64,000 bases of DNA. Source: an uncultured Gemmatimonadales bacterium (GTDB lineage Bacteria; Gemmatimonadota; Gemmatimonadetes; Longimicrobiales; Longimicrobiaceae). Positions within the stretch are counted from its first letter, which is position 1; each line of letters starts with the position of its first letter. This document shows, piece by piece, positions 29,645-40,888 of this stretch. The stretch covers positions 5,376,001 through 5,440,000 of the forward strand of contig OY970303.1 in NCBI GenBank assembly GCA_963716255.1, read 5' to 3'. Position numbers and translations under genes: made by a program. The notes under the pieces were generated by a model. That model made no database searches, was not told the DNA's origin, and saw only the letters and a program-made list of their open reading frames with translations.

Positions 29645-30432
29645 ATGCGTCCGAAGATGTATCGGGTTGAGTTGCCGGATGCGGCGCGCGTTCAACTTCT
29701 CCTGCTGGTTCGCTAGGGGAAGGCGCCTGCTCGTGCCCTCCAGCGTGCCCACATTCTCCTGCGAGCCGCCTAGCCCTGTTGACCCGCGGTGCTGATCCGA
29801 AGCTTGGCACGCACGCAGAGGTCTTCCTAGTCACGCTGGCGTGCAGCAATCCACCCCAGGAGCGCGAACACTGGACGATACAGTTGCTGGCGAACCGGCT
29901 AGAGGAGTTGGGCGTCGTTGAGGCGTTCTAGGATGAGATGGTGCGTCGCACGACCGAAAAAAACCTTAGGCCGTGGCAGAAGGCGCGGTCGTGCATCCCG
30001 GCCGTAGATGCGCCTTTGTCGCGCGCATGGAGGACGTGCTCGACCTCTGCGCTGAGCCTGCCGATCCGAAGCGACCGCTGGTGTGCTTCGATGAGATGCT
30101 CTACCAGATGCTCAGCGACGTCCGACCTCCTGAAGCCTTTGCGCTCGGGCGAGCTGCTCGGCACGGCTACGAGAAAAAGCTTGACGACACGCTTCCTCTA
30201 CTTCGCCCCACATGAGGGAGGTGAAACATAGGTCGCGCAGCGAAGGACCGCCCTCGGCGTCGCCTACAAACTGGCGTGCGATAGCCGACGTGTACTTCCC
30301 CCTTAGGCCGAGGATCCGCCTAGTCTGGGACAACTTGAACGTGCACACGCTGGCTGTGTTCGATCTGGCGTTCCCGCCCGCGAGGCGCGACGGATCGCCC
30401 AGAAAGTTTGAGCTGCACTATACGCTCCTAGG
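29645..30432 (+). pseudogene. IS630-family transposase remnant
   Basis: Fragments in several frames: MRPKMYRVEL, LACSNPPQEREHWTIQLLANRL, EKNLRPW (AAAAAAAC), FVARMEDVLDL..DPKRPLVCFDE, IRLVWDNLNVH, FELHYT. Internal stop and frameshifts. Confidence 0.85.
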
Positions 30433-30456
30433 CAAGCGCGAAGATTGGTCAGCATG

Positions 30457-32646
30457 CTACCGCGCCTGTCCGTATGTAAAGTTATCCAGCAAAGGACGGT
30501 GCCCGACTTGGTCAAAGGCAATCGTCTTGATTGGCCGCCCAGGTGAACTGATGCCAAAGAATGCGTTGGCGGGGCGCTCACCTCCACGAATCTCATTCAA
30601 GCTAACATTGAGTGATCCACCGTCCCAGAATGTGACAACGACCGATTGCGATACGCAACACTCTGTGACGCCGTGGATGCTTCCGAAGTGTGCTCCCGCG
30701 GCAGTCACCGTCCCATTGGGAAGGGAGAAGAGGACACCTTGGCCATAGGTACCGCTCAAACCCGGAATGAGCGCATCGCCGAAAGGCGCTTCACTATTAA
30801 AGTAATTGTAAACTGTCTTATTGCTGGCCCATCCGGATATTGTCATGAAACCAGGCACGTTTGAATTACCCCAGGGGCTAGTTACGGTGATGGTGCCGTA
30901 CCGGGCCTCGGAATAGAAAGTCACTCCCTGGTTGTGCGGAATCGGCGACACGACACCATTTTGGATCCCGTCGAAGGTCAGCGTACCCATCACGTTGACA
31001 GCTGACTGAAAGGCCGATATCTGCGTGTAGAATCTGGGTAAAGGAAGAGAGACCGTTACAGCAGCAGTGGCCTGCATCCGTCCCAGCGCCGCCTCAATTT
31101 GCGTTGTGCCAACTGCGATGGCGCGGACCACACCCGACGCGTCCACGGTGGCGACCTGCGGGGTGATCGAGTTCCACTTCGCTTCCGCTTGGGCAGAGAG
31201 CTTAGAGCCAGCGACCGTGATCACTCGCACCGTAAAGGGAGCGGCTTGACCAATCTCTAACTTACTACTGGCCGGGTCGATCTCGATCCCGGTCGCGAGG
31301 CAAGGCGACGGGTCGAAAGGGTTGTCGCCATTAGGTTTGCTGCCAGGGGTTCTGTACTCCACGTGCAGGTGCGAGCTTTGCGAGCCGCCTGTATTTCCGG
31401 AGAGCGCAATCTGCTCCCCAGCCGCTACGGAGTGGCCCATCGCAAGGTTGCCCGTAGATCCCTTGGTCAGGTGCCCGTAGATCGTCCTCGATCCGTCACC
31501 GTGGAGAAGTTTTACGTAGAGGCCCCATCCCTTAATCATCTTGCCAGACCTGGGGTCCGGCTTGGGGAGGGGGCGCTCGTCAAATCCGATCTTCTCGACC
31601 ACGCCCCTGCGGCTAGCGTAAACGGGTAGCGGGGTCTGTGCGCGCAGGTCCAAGCCTTTATGCTTAGAACCGTCGTACTTGCTGCTCACTTGGACTTTGT
31701 CCAGCGGTGCGGACAGCACGTTGTAAGGGCAAGGTGTGACGTCCGTGCTCCCGACTCGCCGAGCCCAGCCATTCGCTATTGCGGCGGGGTTTTGTCCGAG
31801 TAGGGTTTGAAGCTGCGGAGCGACGGGAACAGAGCCCACCAACACGATGGCCTCAAGGGTGTCGTCCATCCGCCGCCAGTGGGTGAACGCCTCTGGCGGT
31901 AGTGCAGAGTGGAACCGCCGCGTGGCGGCGTCGTAAGTAGCCGCTACGGGAACGAAGTCGTCCAAGATCTCCTCGCCCTCGTTTTGCAGCATCTCAACGA
32001 ACAACTCGGGTCGGTGAGTAGCGGCAAGGGCGGCAGTGAAAGCGATTGGCACCTCCAATTCAAGGGTAATGCTTTCCAGCGGTGCCGTGGTACCGATTCG
32101 CACGCGCAGTTCGTGGGCGACCCGGGGCCCGGCTCGGTACTGCTCGCCGGTGACGGAGTAGTCCACCTCGACTTCCGGCGCACGGGTCACCTCCACCGTC
32201 ACCGGCTGCGGGGAGGCAAATGCGCCTTTGGGCACCACTACGCCTCCCGCGCCCCTCACCCGCACTTCACCGCCGGCCGTCTGAACGGTCACGGTCTGGC
32301 GCAGCGTGAGGGCTAAATTGGCGCTACCGGATTTTCCCTCTGTGGTTGCCATGATGGTGACGTTCCCCGCTGCTAGCGCGCGGACTATCCCGCCGGAATC
32401 CACTGTGGCGCGCGTGGTGTCGCTAGAGGTCCACTGGAACGTTTGGCCCTGAAGGGGACGTCCGTTCTGGTCCTGTGCCGTGGCCGTTAAACGGATGCTG
32501 TCCTGAACCGCGTGCAGTTCTGCCGTACTCGGACTCACGGCAACCGAAACAAGGATCGGCGGCGATTGGCGGGTAGGCGATTCGGCGCATGCGCTGACGA
32601 CAACAGCCAGGACGACCATCCAACGCCCAGATACGAGTGAGTTCAT
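30457..32646 (-). CDS. Lipoprotein with Ig-like (Big_2) repeats and an M23 peptidase domain
   Basis: Lipobox VVSAC; two 'W.S....ATVD.SG.VRA' Ig repeats; M23 motifs HKGLDLR, YGHL, SGNTGGS, HLHVEYR. Confidence 0.85.
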   Translation of the reverse strand: MNSLVSGRWMVVLAVVVSACAESPTRQSPPILVSVAVSPSTAELHAVQDSIRLTATAQDQNGRPLQGQTFQWTSSDTTRATVDSGGIVRALAAGNVTIMATTEGKSGSANLALTLRQTVTVQTAGGEVRVRGAGGVVVPKGAFASPQPVTVEVTRAPEVEVDYSVTGEQYRAGPRVAHELRVRIGTTAPLESITLELEVPIAFTAALAATHRPELFVEMLQNEGEEILDDFVPVAATYDAATRRFHSALPPEAFTHWRRMDDTLEAIVLVGSVPVAPQLQTLLGQNPAAIANGWARRVGSTDVTPCPYNVLSAPLDKVQVSSKYDGSKHKGLDLRAQTPLPVYASRRGVVEKIGFDERPLPKPDPRSGKMIKGWGLYVKLLHGDGSRTIYGHLTKGSTGNLAMGHSVAAGEQIALSGNTGGSQSSHLHVEYRTPGSKPNGDNPFDPSPCLATGIEIDPASSKLEIGQAAPFTVRVITVAGSKLSAQAEAKWNSITPQVATVDASGVVRAIAVGTTQIEAALGRMQATAAVTVSLPLPRFYTQISAFQSAVNVMGTLTFDGIQNGVVSPIPHNQGVTFYSEARYGTITVTSPWGNSNVPGFMTISGWASNKTVYNYFNSEAPFGDALIPGLSGTYGQGVLFSLPNGTVTAAGAHFGSIHGVTECCVSQSVVVTFWDGGSLNVSLNEIRGGERPANAFFGISSPGRPIKTIAFDQVGHRPLLDNFTYGQAR

Positions 32647-33289
32647 GATTTTGCTGATCCTTGCGCGCAGATTTTAAGGTTACACTCGGTGAGCGGCGGG
32701 TACGTCACCGTGATTCACATCCTAAGCATGCGAAGTGATGGTTGATCAACGTCCAGATCCTAGTTGCATCAACATCTGCACACGATGGCCGTGTGCCAGA
32801 GCGCCTGGCCGGGCACTGAGGTACCGCTATCGAGTGTCTAGTGTGTAGTCGCCCGCGCCGCCGCCTCCTGCCACATCGCGCGTCCCACTTCCTGCCGCAC
32901 CGTCGTTCGCCGCCAACTCATTGCTGTCTCGCAGCCCCACCGTTCCCCGTTCCTTCTCTTGCTGGCGACACTATGACTCCCCTTCCCACCTAGATAGCCG
33001 CCTATCAGCCGAGGCTGTCGCCCGACACGGGGTGGGGGAGCGCCCTCGCTGCGCACGCTAACCCCGCTTCCGAAGGGTTTCACCTCAAGGACGGCCTGAG
33101 TCTGTGTTCCTGGGCCTCATGATCGGCGCTCCGGCGACTGAGTGTCAGTCGCGGACCGTAGGGGTGATTCGGTAAACTTTACCGAATCTTCGCTGACCGC
33201 AGCGTTCGTCGGTACTCAGGCAGTTTCGCAATGGGAGTACTTGGTGTCAATGCTCACGTGATCCGCGAGCCGATGAACGAACTCGGTGT

Positions 33290-34324
33290 GCGATCCCGTG
33301 CCCGGGAGAACGGATCGCCAGAGGCGCCCTCTGCGTGGCGATACGCTCAGAGATCGCGCTCAGCGACTTGTCGGCGCTTGGCGTCGACTTCCTGACCCGC
33401 GTCACCCGCCTGGTGAACGAGGCCACGCGGCAGCTCGCAGTCTCAGTTCTGATTCTCCTCCAGCTCGTGGAGAAGACCAATGCGCCCGCGGCAAAGGAGG
33501 TGCGACCGTGACCGGCAGCAGGGTGCTATACGGGATCGCGAACTGGCTTCGGCAGGAAGCGTTGATCCCGGAGACGGCCGCGCAGCCGAAGCGCAACTGG
33601 AAGGTGCGGCTCAAACTGGAGTGGCAGACGTTGACGGGCCGCAACGTCGAATCGCAGCGGCCCCGTCACACGGTGGCAGAGGTGGCGGCGATCTTCGCCG
33701 CTCTCCCGGAAGCCGATCCGCATCTGTGGCTGCTGATCGAGCTTGCGGCGGAGCTGCGGGCCGGGCAGGCGGTCCGGGCGAAGCGCTCCGATCTGGTGTT
33801 GGCGCCTGTCGGCGGGTTCGACCTCGGCCGCGTTGTGGTCCACGGCCAGGGGGAAGAAGCACGGCGAGGTCGTGGACCTGCACCCGGAGCTTCGCACACT
33901 GGTAGACGAAATGCTGTACTCCGGGTACCTGTCGGACGCGGAGGCGGCGTTTCGGCGCGGCGAGGTGGAGGACTACTAACTGTTCCCGGCCGGGCGCCTG
34001 AAAGGCGGGAAGGCCCTACCGGAGCGGTGCCAGGGGCAGCCGCTTGGTTCAACGGCGATCCGGGCCATGTCCCGGACGGTGGAAGCGGCGGCGGGGGTGA
34101 AGCACCAGCCGGGCCGCTCATTCTACGGGCTGCGGAGGCAGGCGACCGACCTGGCCACGGAGTTCGCGCAGGACGTCCGCGTGCTGAACCGGCTCACCGG
34201 GCACCTGGACAGCTCGACGCGCGAACGGGTTTACCAGAACCCCCAGAACGAATTGGTGCGGGCTCGGGCCGCGCAGGCTCGGCGGAGCATGCGGCAGCAC
34301 CTGGGGAAGGGACACGCCGCGTGA
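33290..34324 (+). pseudogene. Tyrosine recombinase/integrase pseudogene
   Basis: ELRAGQ (Arg), HG-GKKH, SFYGLRR, LTGH and RVYQ (Tyr). Frameshift near 33850 and in-frame TAA at 33977-33979. 5' boundary approximate. Confidence 0.75.
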
Positions 34325-34367
34325 GGGAGAGTTATCCCAGACCTATCCCACCCCGGCCAGGAAAGCG

Positions 34368-34401
34368 AAAGGCCCCAGCAACGCAAACGTTGCCAGGGCC
34401 T
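34368..34401 (-). terminator. Hairpin terminator downstream of tRNA-Pro
   Basis: On the minus strand: AGGCCCTGGCAACG-TTTG-CGTTGCTGGGGCCTTT. Confidence 0.6.
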
Positions 34402-34413
34402 CCACTTACCAAG

Positions 34414-34487
34414 TCGGGACGGCGGGATTTGAACCCGCGACCCCCTGAACCCCATTCAGGTACGCTACCGGGCTGCGCCACGTCCCG
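34414..34487 (-). tRNA. tRNA-Pro(GGG)
   Basis: CGGGACGTGGCGCAGCCCGGTAGCGTACCTGAATGGGGTTCAGGGGGTCGCGGGTTCAAATCCCGCCGTCCCGA folds as a cloverleaf. CCA not encoded. Confidence 0.96.
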
Positions 34488-34540
34488 AGCCGACTTCCCG
34501 GCCCGCGCGCACCGGCGAACCAATGCGGCGGGGAGCAAAT

Positions 34541-34569
34541 AAGGTAGCCCGGAACGCCCGTTCCGTCAA
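34541..34569 (-). promoter_or_regulatory. Sigma70-type promoter of tRNA-Pro
   Basis: On the minus strand: TTGACG-N17-TACCTT. Confidence 0.6.
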
Positions 34570-36425
34570 CCCCCGGCGGGGCCCTGCGGCGCCCCGCTGC
34601 CCTCACCCTCGCGGAGCCCCAGCCAGCTCCGGAAGATCTCCGTCTGGAGCGCCGTGGGCTCCTGCACGCGCCGCAGCACCTGCCGGATCGACGGGGCGCG
34701 CTCCAGGCGCACGGGCAGGGTCAGCAGCTCGTCGCGCCGGAACACGGTGATCTGCACCACGTCCCCCGGTTCCCGCTCCATCACCCGTGCCGGGAGGTCG
34801 CGCGCGCCCACGCGCAGCCCGTCCAGCGCAACGAGCTCGTCGCCCGCGTTGATCCCCGCCGCGTACGCGGGGCTCCCCGACACCACGGCGCCCACCAGCG
34901 CCCGCCCCGCCTCCTCCTTGACGCGGATCCCCAGCGAGATGGGCGGCGGCGCCGGCCCCGCGGGCCCGCCGCCGGGGCCAGCCGGACCCCCCGCCGCCGG
35001 CACGGCGGGCGCGGGCGTAGGCCCCGGTCCGCCGGGCATCACCGGCATGGCCGGGGGTGCCGCCAGCTCCAGCCCCGCCGCGGCCAGGGGGCCGTCGAAG
35101 TCCAGCTCCTCGGTGCTGCGGAGCGCCGTCTCGAAGAAGGCGTCCAGGCGGTCGCCGCACACCTCCGCCACCACGTCCTGGATCCCCTCCTCCGGGAAGC
35201 CCACGTCCGTCAGCCCGTAGCGCTGCCACAGGATGCGCAGAACGTCGTCCAGCGAGCGCCGGTTGCGGGTGATCTCCCGGATCCGCAGGTCCAGGAGCAT
35301 CGCCACCATGGCGCCCTTGTGGTAGTACGACACGGTGACGTTGGGCGTGTTCTCGTCCTGGCGGTAGTACTTGATCCAGGCGTCGAACGACGCGTCCTCC
35401 AGCGACTGCTCCAGGCGGCCGGGGAGCGTCTGGAGCAGGGCGGCGGCCCCGCCCGTCCGCTCCAGGAAGCGCTGCGGCGGCATCACCCCCGCGCGGCGCA
35501 GGAGCACGTCCGTGTAGTAGGTGGTGAATCCCTCCACGATCCACAGGCTGCGGGTGTAGTTCTCCCGCGTGTAGTCGAAGGGGCCCAGCGTCTCCGGGCG
35601 GATCCGCTTGCCGTTCCAGACGTGGAAGAACTCGTGCGCCGCCAGCACGATCGCCCGCTCGTACTCCATGCCGCGGAAGCCCCAGCGGTCGATGACGATG
35701 GAGGTGGAGTTGCGGTGCTCCAGCCCCCCGTACTGACCCGGGACGACGTGCAGGAAGAAGGTGTACTCGTCGTACGGCAGTTCCCCGCCGAAGAGCTCGC
35801 GGGTGGCCGCCACCACCTTGCGGGTGTCCTCCACCAGCCGGTCCATCTGCTGGTTGCCGCGGCCCCACACGGCGTAGCGGTGCGTGCGCCCCTCCTGTTC
35901 CCATTCCACGATCTCGTGCGTCCCCATCTCCACGGGGCAGTCCACCAGCTCGTCGTAGTCCGCGGCGCGGAACACGTCCGGCCGCTCCGTCTTCCCCAGC
36001 CCGGTGGTGATCGTCCACCCCTCCGGCGCCTCGATCTCCAGGCGCACCGGGTCGCGCTCCCGGCCCGCGGCGTACAGAAAGGTGCTCGCGCCATTCACGT
36101 ACCCGTGCGACGCGTCCAGGTGGCTGCTCCGCACCGACAGCTCGTGGGCGTACACCCGGTAGCGCACCCGCAGCGTACCGTCCGCAGGGGCGTCCACGCG
36201 CCACGTCTGCTTGTCCGCACGGGTCCAGCGCAGCGGCGCGCCCGCTCCGTCCTCCGCGCGCAGCGACAGCACGTGACGCGCGAACTCGCGGACCATGTAC
36301 GAGCCCGGCGTCCAGGTGGGCATCACCAGCTCCACGGGACCGTGCACGCCCTCCACCCGCATCTCCACCCCGAAGAGGTGGGAGTGCGGCTCCGGCATTG
36401 TCAGGCGGTAAATAATCTCCGACAT
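34566..36425 (-). CDS. M61 family metallopeptidase with PDZ domain
   Basis: MPTWTPGSY, GGLEH, HEFFHVWN, WIVEGFTTYY, SYYHKG; C-terminal GSPAYAAGINAGDELVAL (PDZ). Confidence 0.93.
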   Translation of the reverse strand: MSEIIYRLTMPEPHSHLFGVEMRVEGVHGPVELVMPTWTPGSYMVREFARHVLSLRAEDGAGAPLRWTRADKQTWRVDAPADGTLRVRYRVYAHELSVRSSHLDASHGYVNGASTFLYAAGRERDPVRLEIEAPEGWTITTGLGKTERPDVFRAADYDELVDCPVEMGTHEIVEWEQEGRTHRYAVWGRGNQQMDRLVEDTRKVVAATRELFGGELPYDEYTFFLHVVPGQYGGLEHRNSTSIVIDRWGFRGMEYERAIVLAAHEFFHVWNGKRIRPETLGPFDYTRENYTRSLWIVEGFTTYYTDVLLRRAGVMPPQRFLERTGGAAALLQTLPGRLEQSLEDASFDAWIKYYRQDENTPNVTVSYYHKGAMVAMLLDLRIREITRNRRSLDDVLRILWQRYGLTDVGFPEEGIQDVVAEVCGDRLDAFFETALRSTEELDFDGPLAAAGLELAAPPAMPVMPGGPGPTPAPAVPAAGGPAGPGGGPAGPAPPPISLGIRVKEEAGRALVGAVVSGSPAYAAGINAGDELVALDGLRVGARDLPARVMEREPGDVVQITVFRRDELLTLPVRLERAPSIRQVLRRVQEPTALQTEIFRSWLGLREGEGSGAPQGPAGG

Positions 36426-36516
36426 GGCGGCCAAGGTCCGGAAAGGGTGCGGGTGACGGCGAGCGGGAAAGAAGCCGGGGGGCGGGCCGGGTGTCCCGGC
36501 CCACCCCCCGGAGGCG

Positions 36517-37545
<1,029 letters not shown>

Positions 37546-37609
37546 CCGGTGTTTCCGCTTTCTCGCGGTGTCGCGTTGATTGGGTGAGCGGCGGGCGCGC
37601 CGCCGGAGG

Positions 37610-37975
37610 TCAGCCCGGGGCCGCCTTTTCGCGGATCGCCCCATCCAGGACCTGCTTGACGCGGGCCAGCGGCCACGCCTCCAGCGCCCCGCGCGCCTCC
37701 GCCTCGGTCCGGCCCCGCTCCAGGTCGCCGGTCTCCAGGTGGCCCATAACCGCCGTGCCGTTCCGGGACCAGCGCACGAACACCAGGTACGCGGCCACGG
37801 GCTCCTCCGCGCCGTCCGCGGCGTCGGTCTCCACGGCCACCGTGTACGGCTCCCCGTCCGCGCCCTCGAACGCGGCCGAGCGGCCGTGCACGGCGAAGTA
37901 GCCGCCCAGCGTCGTGTCGTCCACCCCTTCCGGGGCGACGGGGTTCAGCCGGTCCTCGGATCCCCTGAAGAACAT
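37610..37975 (-). CDS. Hypothetical protein
   Basis: MFFRGSED...DTTLGGYFAVHGRSAAFEGADGEPYTV; protein-like, in the same orientation as its neighbours. Confidence 0.7.
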   Translation of the reverse strand: MFFRGSEDRLNPVAPEGVDDTTLGGYFAVHGRSAAFEGADGEPYTVAVETDAADGAEEPVAAYLVFVRWSRNGTAVMGHLETGDLERGRTEAEARGALEAWPLARVKQVLDGAIREKAAPG

Positions 37976-38100
37976 GGGCGGCAAGGTACGTCCGGCCGCC
38001 GCTCCCCACAAGCCCGGTCCAGCCTCGTAATTGCAGGCGCGCCGCGACGGGTCTAGCTTGTTGCGCCGTGTCCGGAACGGCACTGATCTACCGCGGATTC

Positions 38101-38250
38101 GGGCGTGCCCCCGGCTGGCGCCGGGGTCGGGCTTCGGCTCCGTAGGGCCGCAAACAACGCAGCCCAACGGAGTCGAGCCCCGCGAAACTGCCCGCGGGTC
38201 TCGCCCCTTCGGGCCGAAATCCCTCACGCGGGGCTCGCACTGGCGTCCGC
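38101..38250 (+). repeat. Structured interspersed repeat, copy C
   Basis: Same scaffold as copy A, followed by a REP-like palindrome at ~38270-38345. Confidence 0.9.
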
Positions 38251-38355
38251 CGGAGGGGGAGCACTGCGCGGCCCTCCCGCCGTTCTGCCCCCTCTCCCGG
38301 AGTTCGGAGAGGGCGGCGAGCCTCAAGCGAGCCGGGGGAGGGCCGTAGCTGCAGG

Positions 38356-38387
38356 CTGTTCCCTGTTTCCTGTTCCCTGTTCCCTGT
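38356..38387. repeat. Heptamer tandem repeat (CTGTTCC)n
   Basis: CTGTTCC CTGTTTC CTGTTCC CTGTTCC CTGT. Related GGGAACA/CTGTTCC units lie at 39421-39545. Confidence 0.7.
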
Positions 38388-38395
38388 CGTTTCCC

Positions 38396-39421
38396 ATGCG
38401 CGCGGCGATCTTTTACGAGAACGGCGGGCCCGAGGTGGTCCGCATCGAAGACGTTCCCCGGCCGGCGGCCGGGCCCGGCGAGGTGCTGGTGCGGGTGCGG
38501 GCGGCGGCGCTCAACCACCTGGACCTGTGGGTGCGCCGGGGGATCCCCATCGAGACCACCATGCCCCACGTCGGCGGGTCGGACGTGGCGGGCGTGGTCG
38601 AGGAGACGGGCGAGGGCGTGCGGGGGGTGGGGGCGGGGGAGCGGGTGGTGGTGGACCCCTCGCTCTCCTGCGGGCGCTGCGAGTGGTGCGCGGCGGGGGA
38701 GGTGCCGCTCTGTCCCGAGTACCGCATCCTGGGCGAGCACACCGACGGCGGCTTCACCGAGCTGGTGGCGGTGCCGGCCGCGAACGTGTACCGCATTCCC
38801 GACGCCCTGTCGTTCGAGGCGGCGGCCGCGCTCCCCGTGTCGTACATGACGGCGTGGCGGGCGGTGGTGGGGCGGGGGCGGGTGCGCCCCGGCGAGGACG
38901 TGCTGGTGCTGGGCGCCTCCGGCGGCACCGCTTCCGCCGCCGTGCAGGTGGCCAAGCTGGCGGGGGCGCGGGTGTTCGCGGTGACGAGCGGGGCTGAGAA
39001 CGTGGCGCGTGTCCGCGCGCTGGGGGCGGACGTGGTCTACGACCGCGACGAAACGGACTTCAGCAGGCAGGTGTTCCAGGACACCGGCAGGCGCGGGGTG
39101 GACGTGGTGGTGGAGAACGTGGGGGAGGCCACCTGGAAGGGGAGCGTCCGCGCGCTGGCCCGCGGCGGGCGCCTGGTGTGCTACGGCGCCACCACCGGCC
39201 CGCGCGGCGACATCGACCTGCGGGTGCTTTTCTGGAAGCAGGTGGAGATCATCGGCACCACCATGGCGTCGCGCCCCGAGTTCCAGGCCATGCTGCGCGC
39301 CGCCTTCCGCGGCGACCTGGTGCCCGTCATCGACAGCGTGATGCCGCTGGAGCAGGCCCGCGAGGCCCACGAGCGCCTGGAGGCCGGCGGGCAGTTCGGC
39401 AAGATCATCCTGGTGCCATAG
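38396..39421 (+). CDS. Zinc-binding alcohol dehydrogenase family oxidoreductase
   Basis: LNHLD, PHVGGSDVAG, CGRCEWC...C, GASGG, QFGKIIL. Confidence 0.92.
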   Translation: MRAAIFYENGGPEVVRIEDVPRPAAGPGEVLVRVRAAALNHLDLWVRRGIPIETTMPHVGGSDVAGVVEETGEGVRGVGAGERVVVDPSLSCGRCEWCAAGEVPLCPEYRILGEHTDGGFTELVAVPAANVYRIPDALSFEAAAALPVSYMTAWRAVVGRGRVRPGEDVLVLGASGGTASAAVQVAKLAGARVFAVTSGAENVARVRALGADVVYDRDETDFSRQVFQDTGRRGVDVVVENVGEATWKGSVRALARGGRLVCYGATTGPRGDIDLRVLFWKQVEIIGTTMASRPEFQAMLRAAFRGDLVPVIDSVMPLEQAREAHERLEAGGQFGKIILVP

Positions 39422-39609
39422 GGAACAGGGAATCCCCGCCCGGCCCTTCCACCACCCAAGGGAACAGCCCCCAACGACAACCGCCCGGAAGCCGTTGGCC
39501 TCTCGCAGGCTGTTCCCTGTTCCTATCCCCTTTTCCCTATCTCCCCAAACGTCTGGCGGCGCCGCTCCCGGAGGGGATCGGCGCCGCCGCCCGTCTCCGC
39601 CCGGTCCGG

Positions 39610-39825
39610 CTACTCGTCGACGCGCTTGACCGAAGCCGCCCGGGGGCCCTTCGGGTCGTCCACGATCTCGAACTCCACCCGGTCCCCGCGCTTCAGCGAC
39701 TTGAAACCTTCCATCTCGATCGAGGAGTGGTGCACGAAGACATCCTTTCCCCCGTCGTCCGGACGAATGAAGCCGAAGCCCTTGTCGTCCTTGAAGAATT
39801 CCACGATGCCAGTCTGTCGAGCCAT
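39610..39825 (-). CDS. Cold-shock domain protein
   Basis: [20 protein letters not shown]. Confidence 0.95.
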   Translation of the reverse strand: MARQTGIVEFFKDDKGFGFIRPDDGGKDVFVHHSSIEMEGFKSLKRGDRVEFEIVDDPKGPRAASVKRVDE

Positions 39826-39958
39826 GGTGCCTCCGCTGTGACGGAACCGGACGGATGCCGCGGCGCCGCCCCGTCCAACGGCGCCCCGGTCTGCTTACAC
39901 GGCGGGTCACAGCAAAGAACGTTCCGCACCTCTCGGCCCATCCCGTGGGCCACAAAAA

Positions 39959-40813
39959 TCAACTGTTTGCCGGCGGCCGGGGGGCGCCCGTCAGCTCCAG
40001 CACCGCGACCTCCGGGCGGCACAGGAAGCGCACCGGGAGGTGCACCGTCCCCACCCCGCGCGAGGTGTACACCTGCGTCCAGGGACGGCGCCGCAAACCC
40101 TCTTCGTACAGGTCGTCCCGCTCGGCGGAGTTGCGGATCGCCCCCACCCACGGGAGCCTTACCTGGCCGCCGTGGGTGTGCCCGCTCACGACCAGGTCCA
40201 CCCGGTCGCAGACCCGGCGCGCCCGCTCCGCCTGGTCGGGGTCGTGGGCCAGCAGAAGTGTGAAATCCCGCTGCTCCGGCGGCGGCAGGACGTCCATCCG
40301 CGGGGCCCCCATGGAGTAGTCGTCCACCCCCGCCACGCAGAGCCGCGCGCCCCCCACCTCGCGCACCACGGCGGCGTTGGTCAGGTCCACGATCCGGGGG
40401 TGCCCGCGCACCTGCCGGTGCCAGGTGTTGATCCCCACGATGTAGTCGTGGTTGCCGGGCACCGCGTACACCCCCAGCGGGGCGTCCAGGCACGCCATGG
40501 CCTCCAGCACCCGCCCGAAGTCGCCCGAGCCGTCCGCCGCGAAGTCGCCGGTGAGCGCCACCAGGTGGGGCCGCTCCGCCATGGCCGCCCGGCACGCCCG
40601 CCGGATCAGCGACAGCGGCGTCCCCTCGCCCGCGTGCATGTCGGTGAGCAGCGCGATGCGCAGCCCCTCCAGCGCGGGGTGGAGCCCGCGCACGTGGATG
40701 CGCGGCCGGGTCACCTCCAGCCACCGCGGCTCCACCAGGAAGGCGTACGCGCCGAGGCCCGCCGCGCCCAGCACGGCGGCGGAAAGGATCTTGCGGGCGG
40801 AGGAGATCGGCAT
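39959..40813 (-). CDS. Metallophosphoesterase (YkuE-like)
   Basis: TDMH, TGDF, GNHD, LAHDPD, SGHTHGGQ. Confidence 0.92.
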   Translation of the reverse strand: MPISSARKILSAAVLGAAGLGAYAFLVEPRWLEVTRPRIHVRGLHPALEGLRIALLTDMHAGEGTPLSLIRRACRAAMAERPHLVALTGDFAADGSGDFGRVLEAMACLDAPLGVYAVPGNHDYIVGINTWHRQVRGHPRIVDLTNAAVVREVGGARLCVAGVDDYSMGAPRMDVLPPPEQRDFTLLLAHDPDQAERARRVCDRVDLVVSGHTHGGQVRLPWVGAIRNSAERDDLYEEGLRRRPWTQVYTSRGVGTVHLPVRFLCRPEVAVLELTGAPRPPANS

Positions 40814-40888
40814 GCCGGCCGTGCCGTGCAAGCGCCAGACCAGCCGGCTTGCCAGCCCCCGCGCCGCGCTCCATCTTGACGCGCCGGA

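Larger units (their letters stand above)
28251..34487. mobile_element. Decaying tRNA-Pro-integrated genomic island (~6.2 kb)
   Basis: Bounded by the intact tRNA-Pro and its 3' fragment. The interior is visibly AT-richer, with an integrase pseudogene next to the tRNA and an IS630 remnant. Confidence 0.8.
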
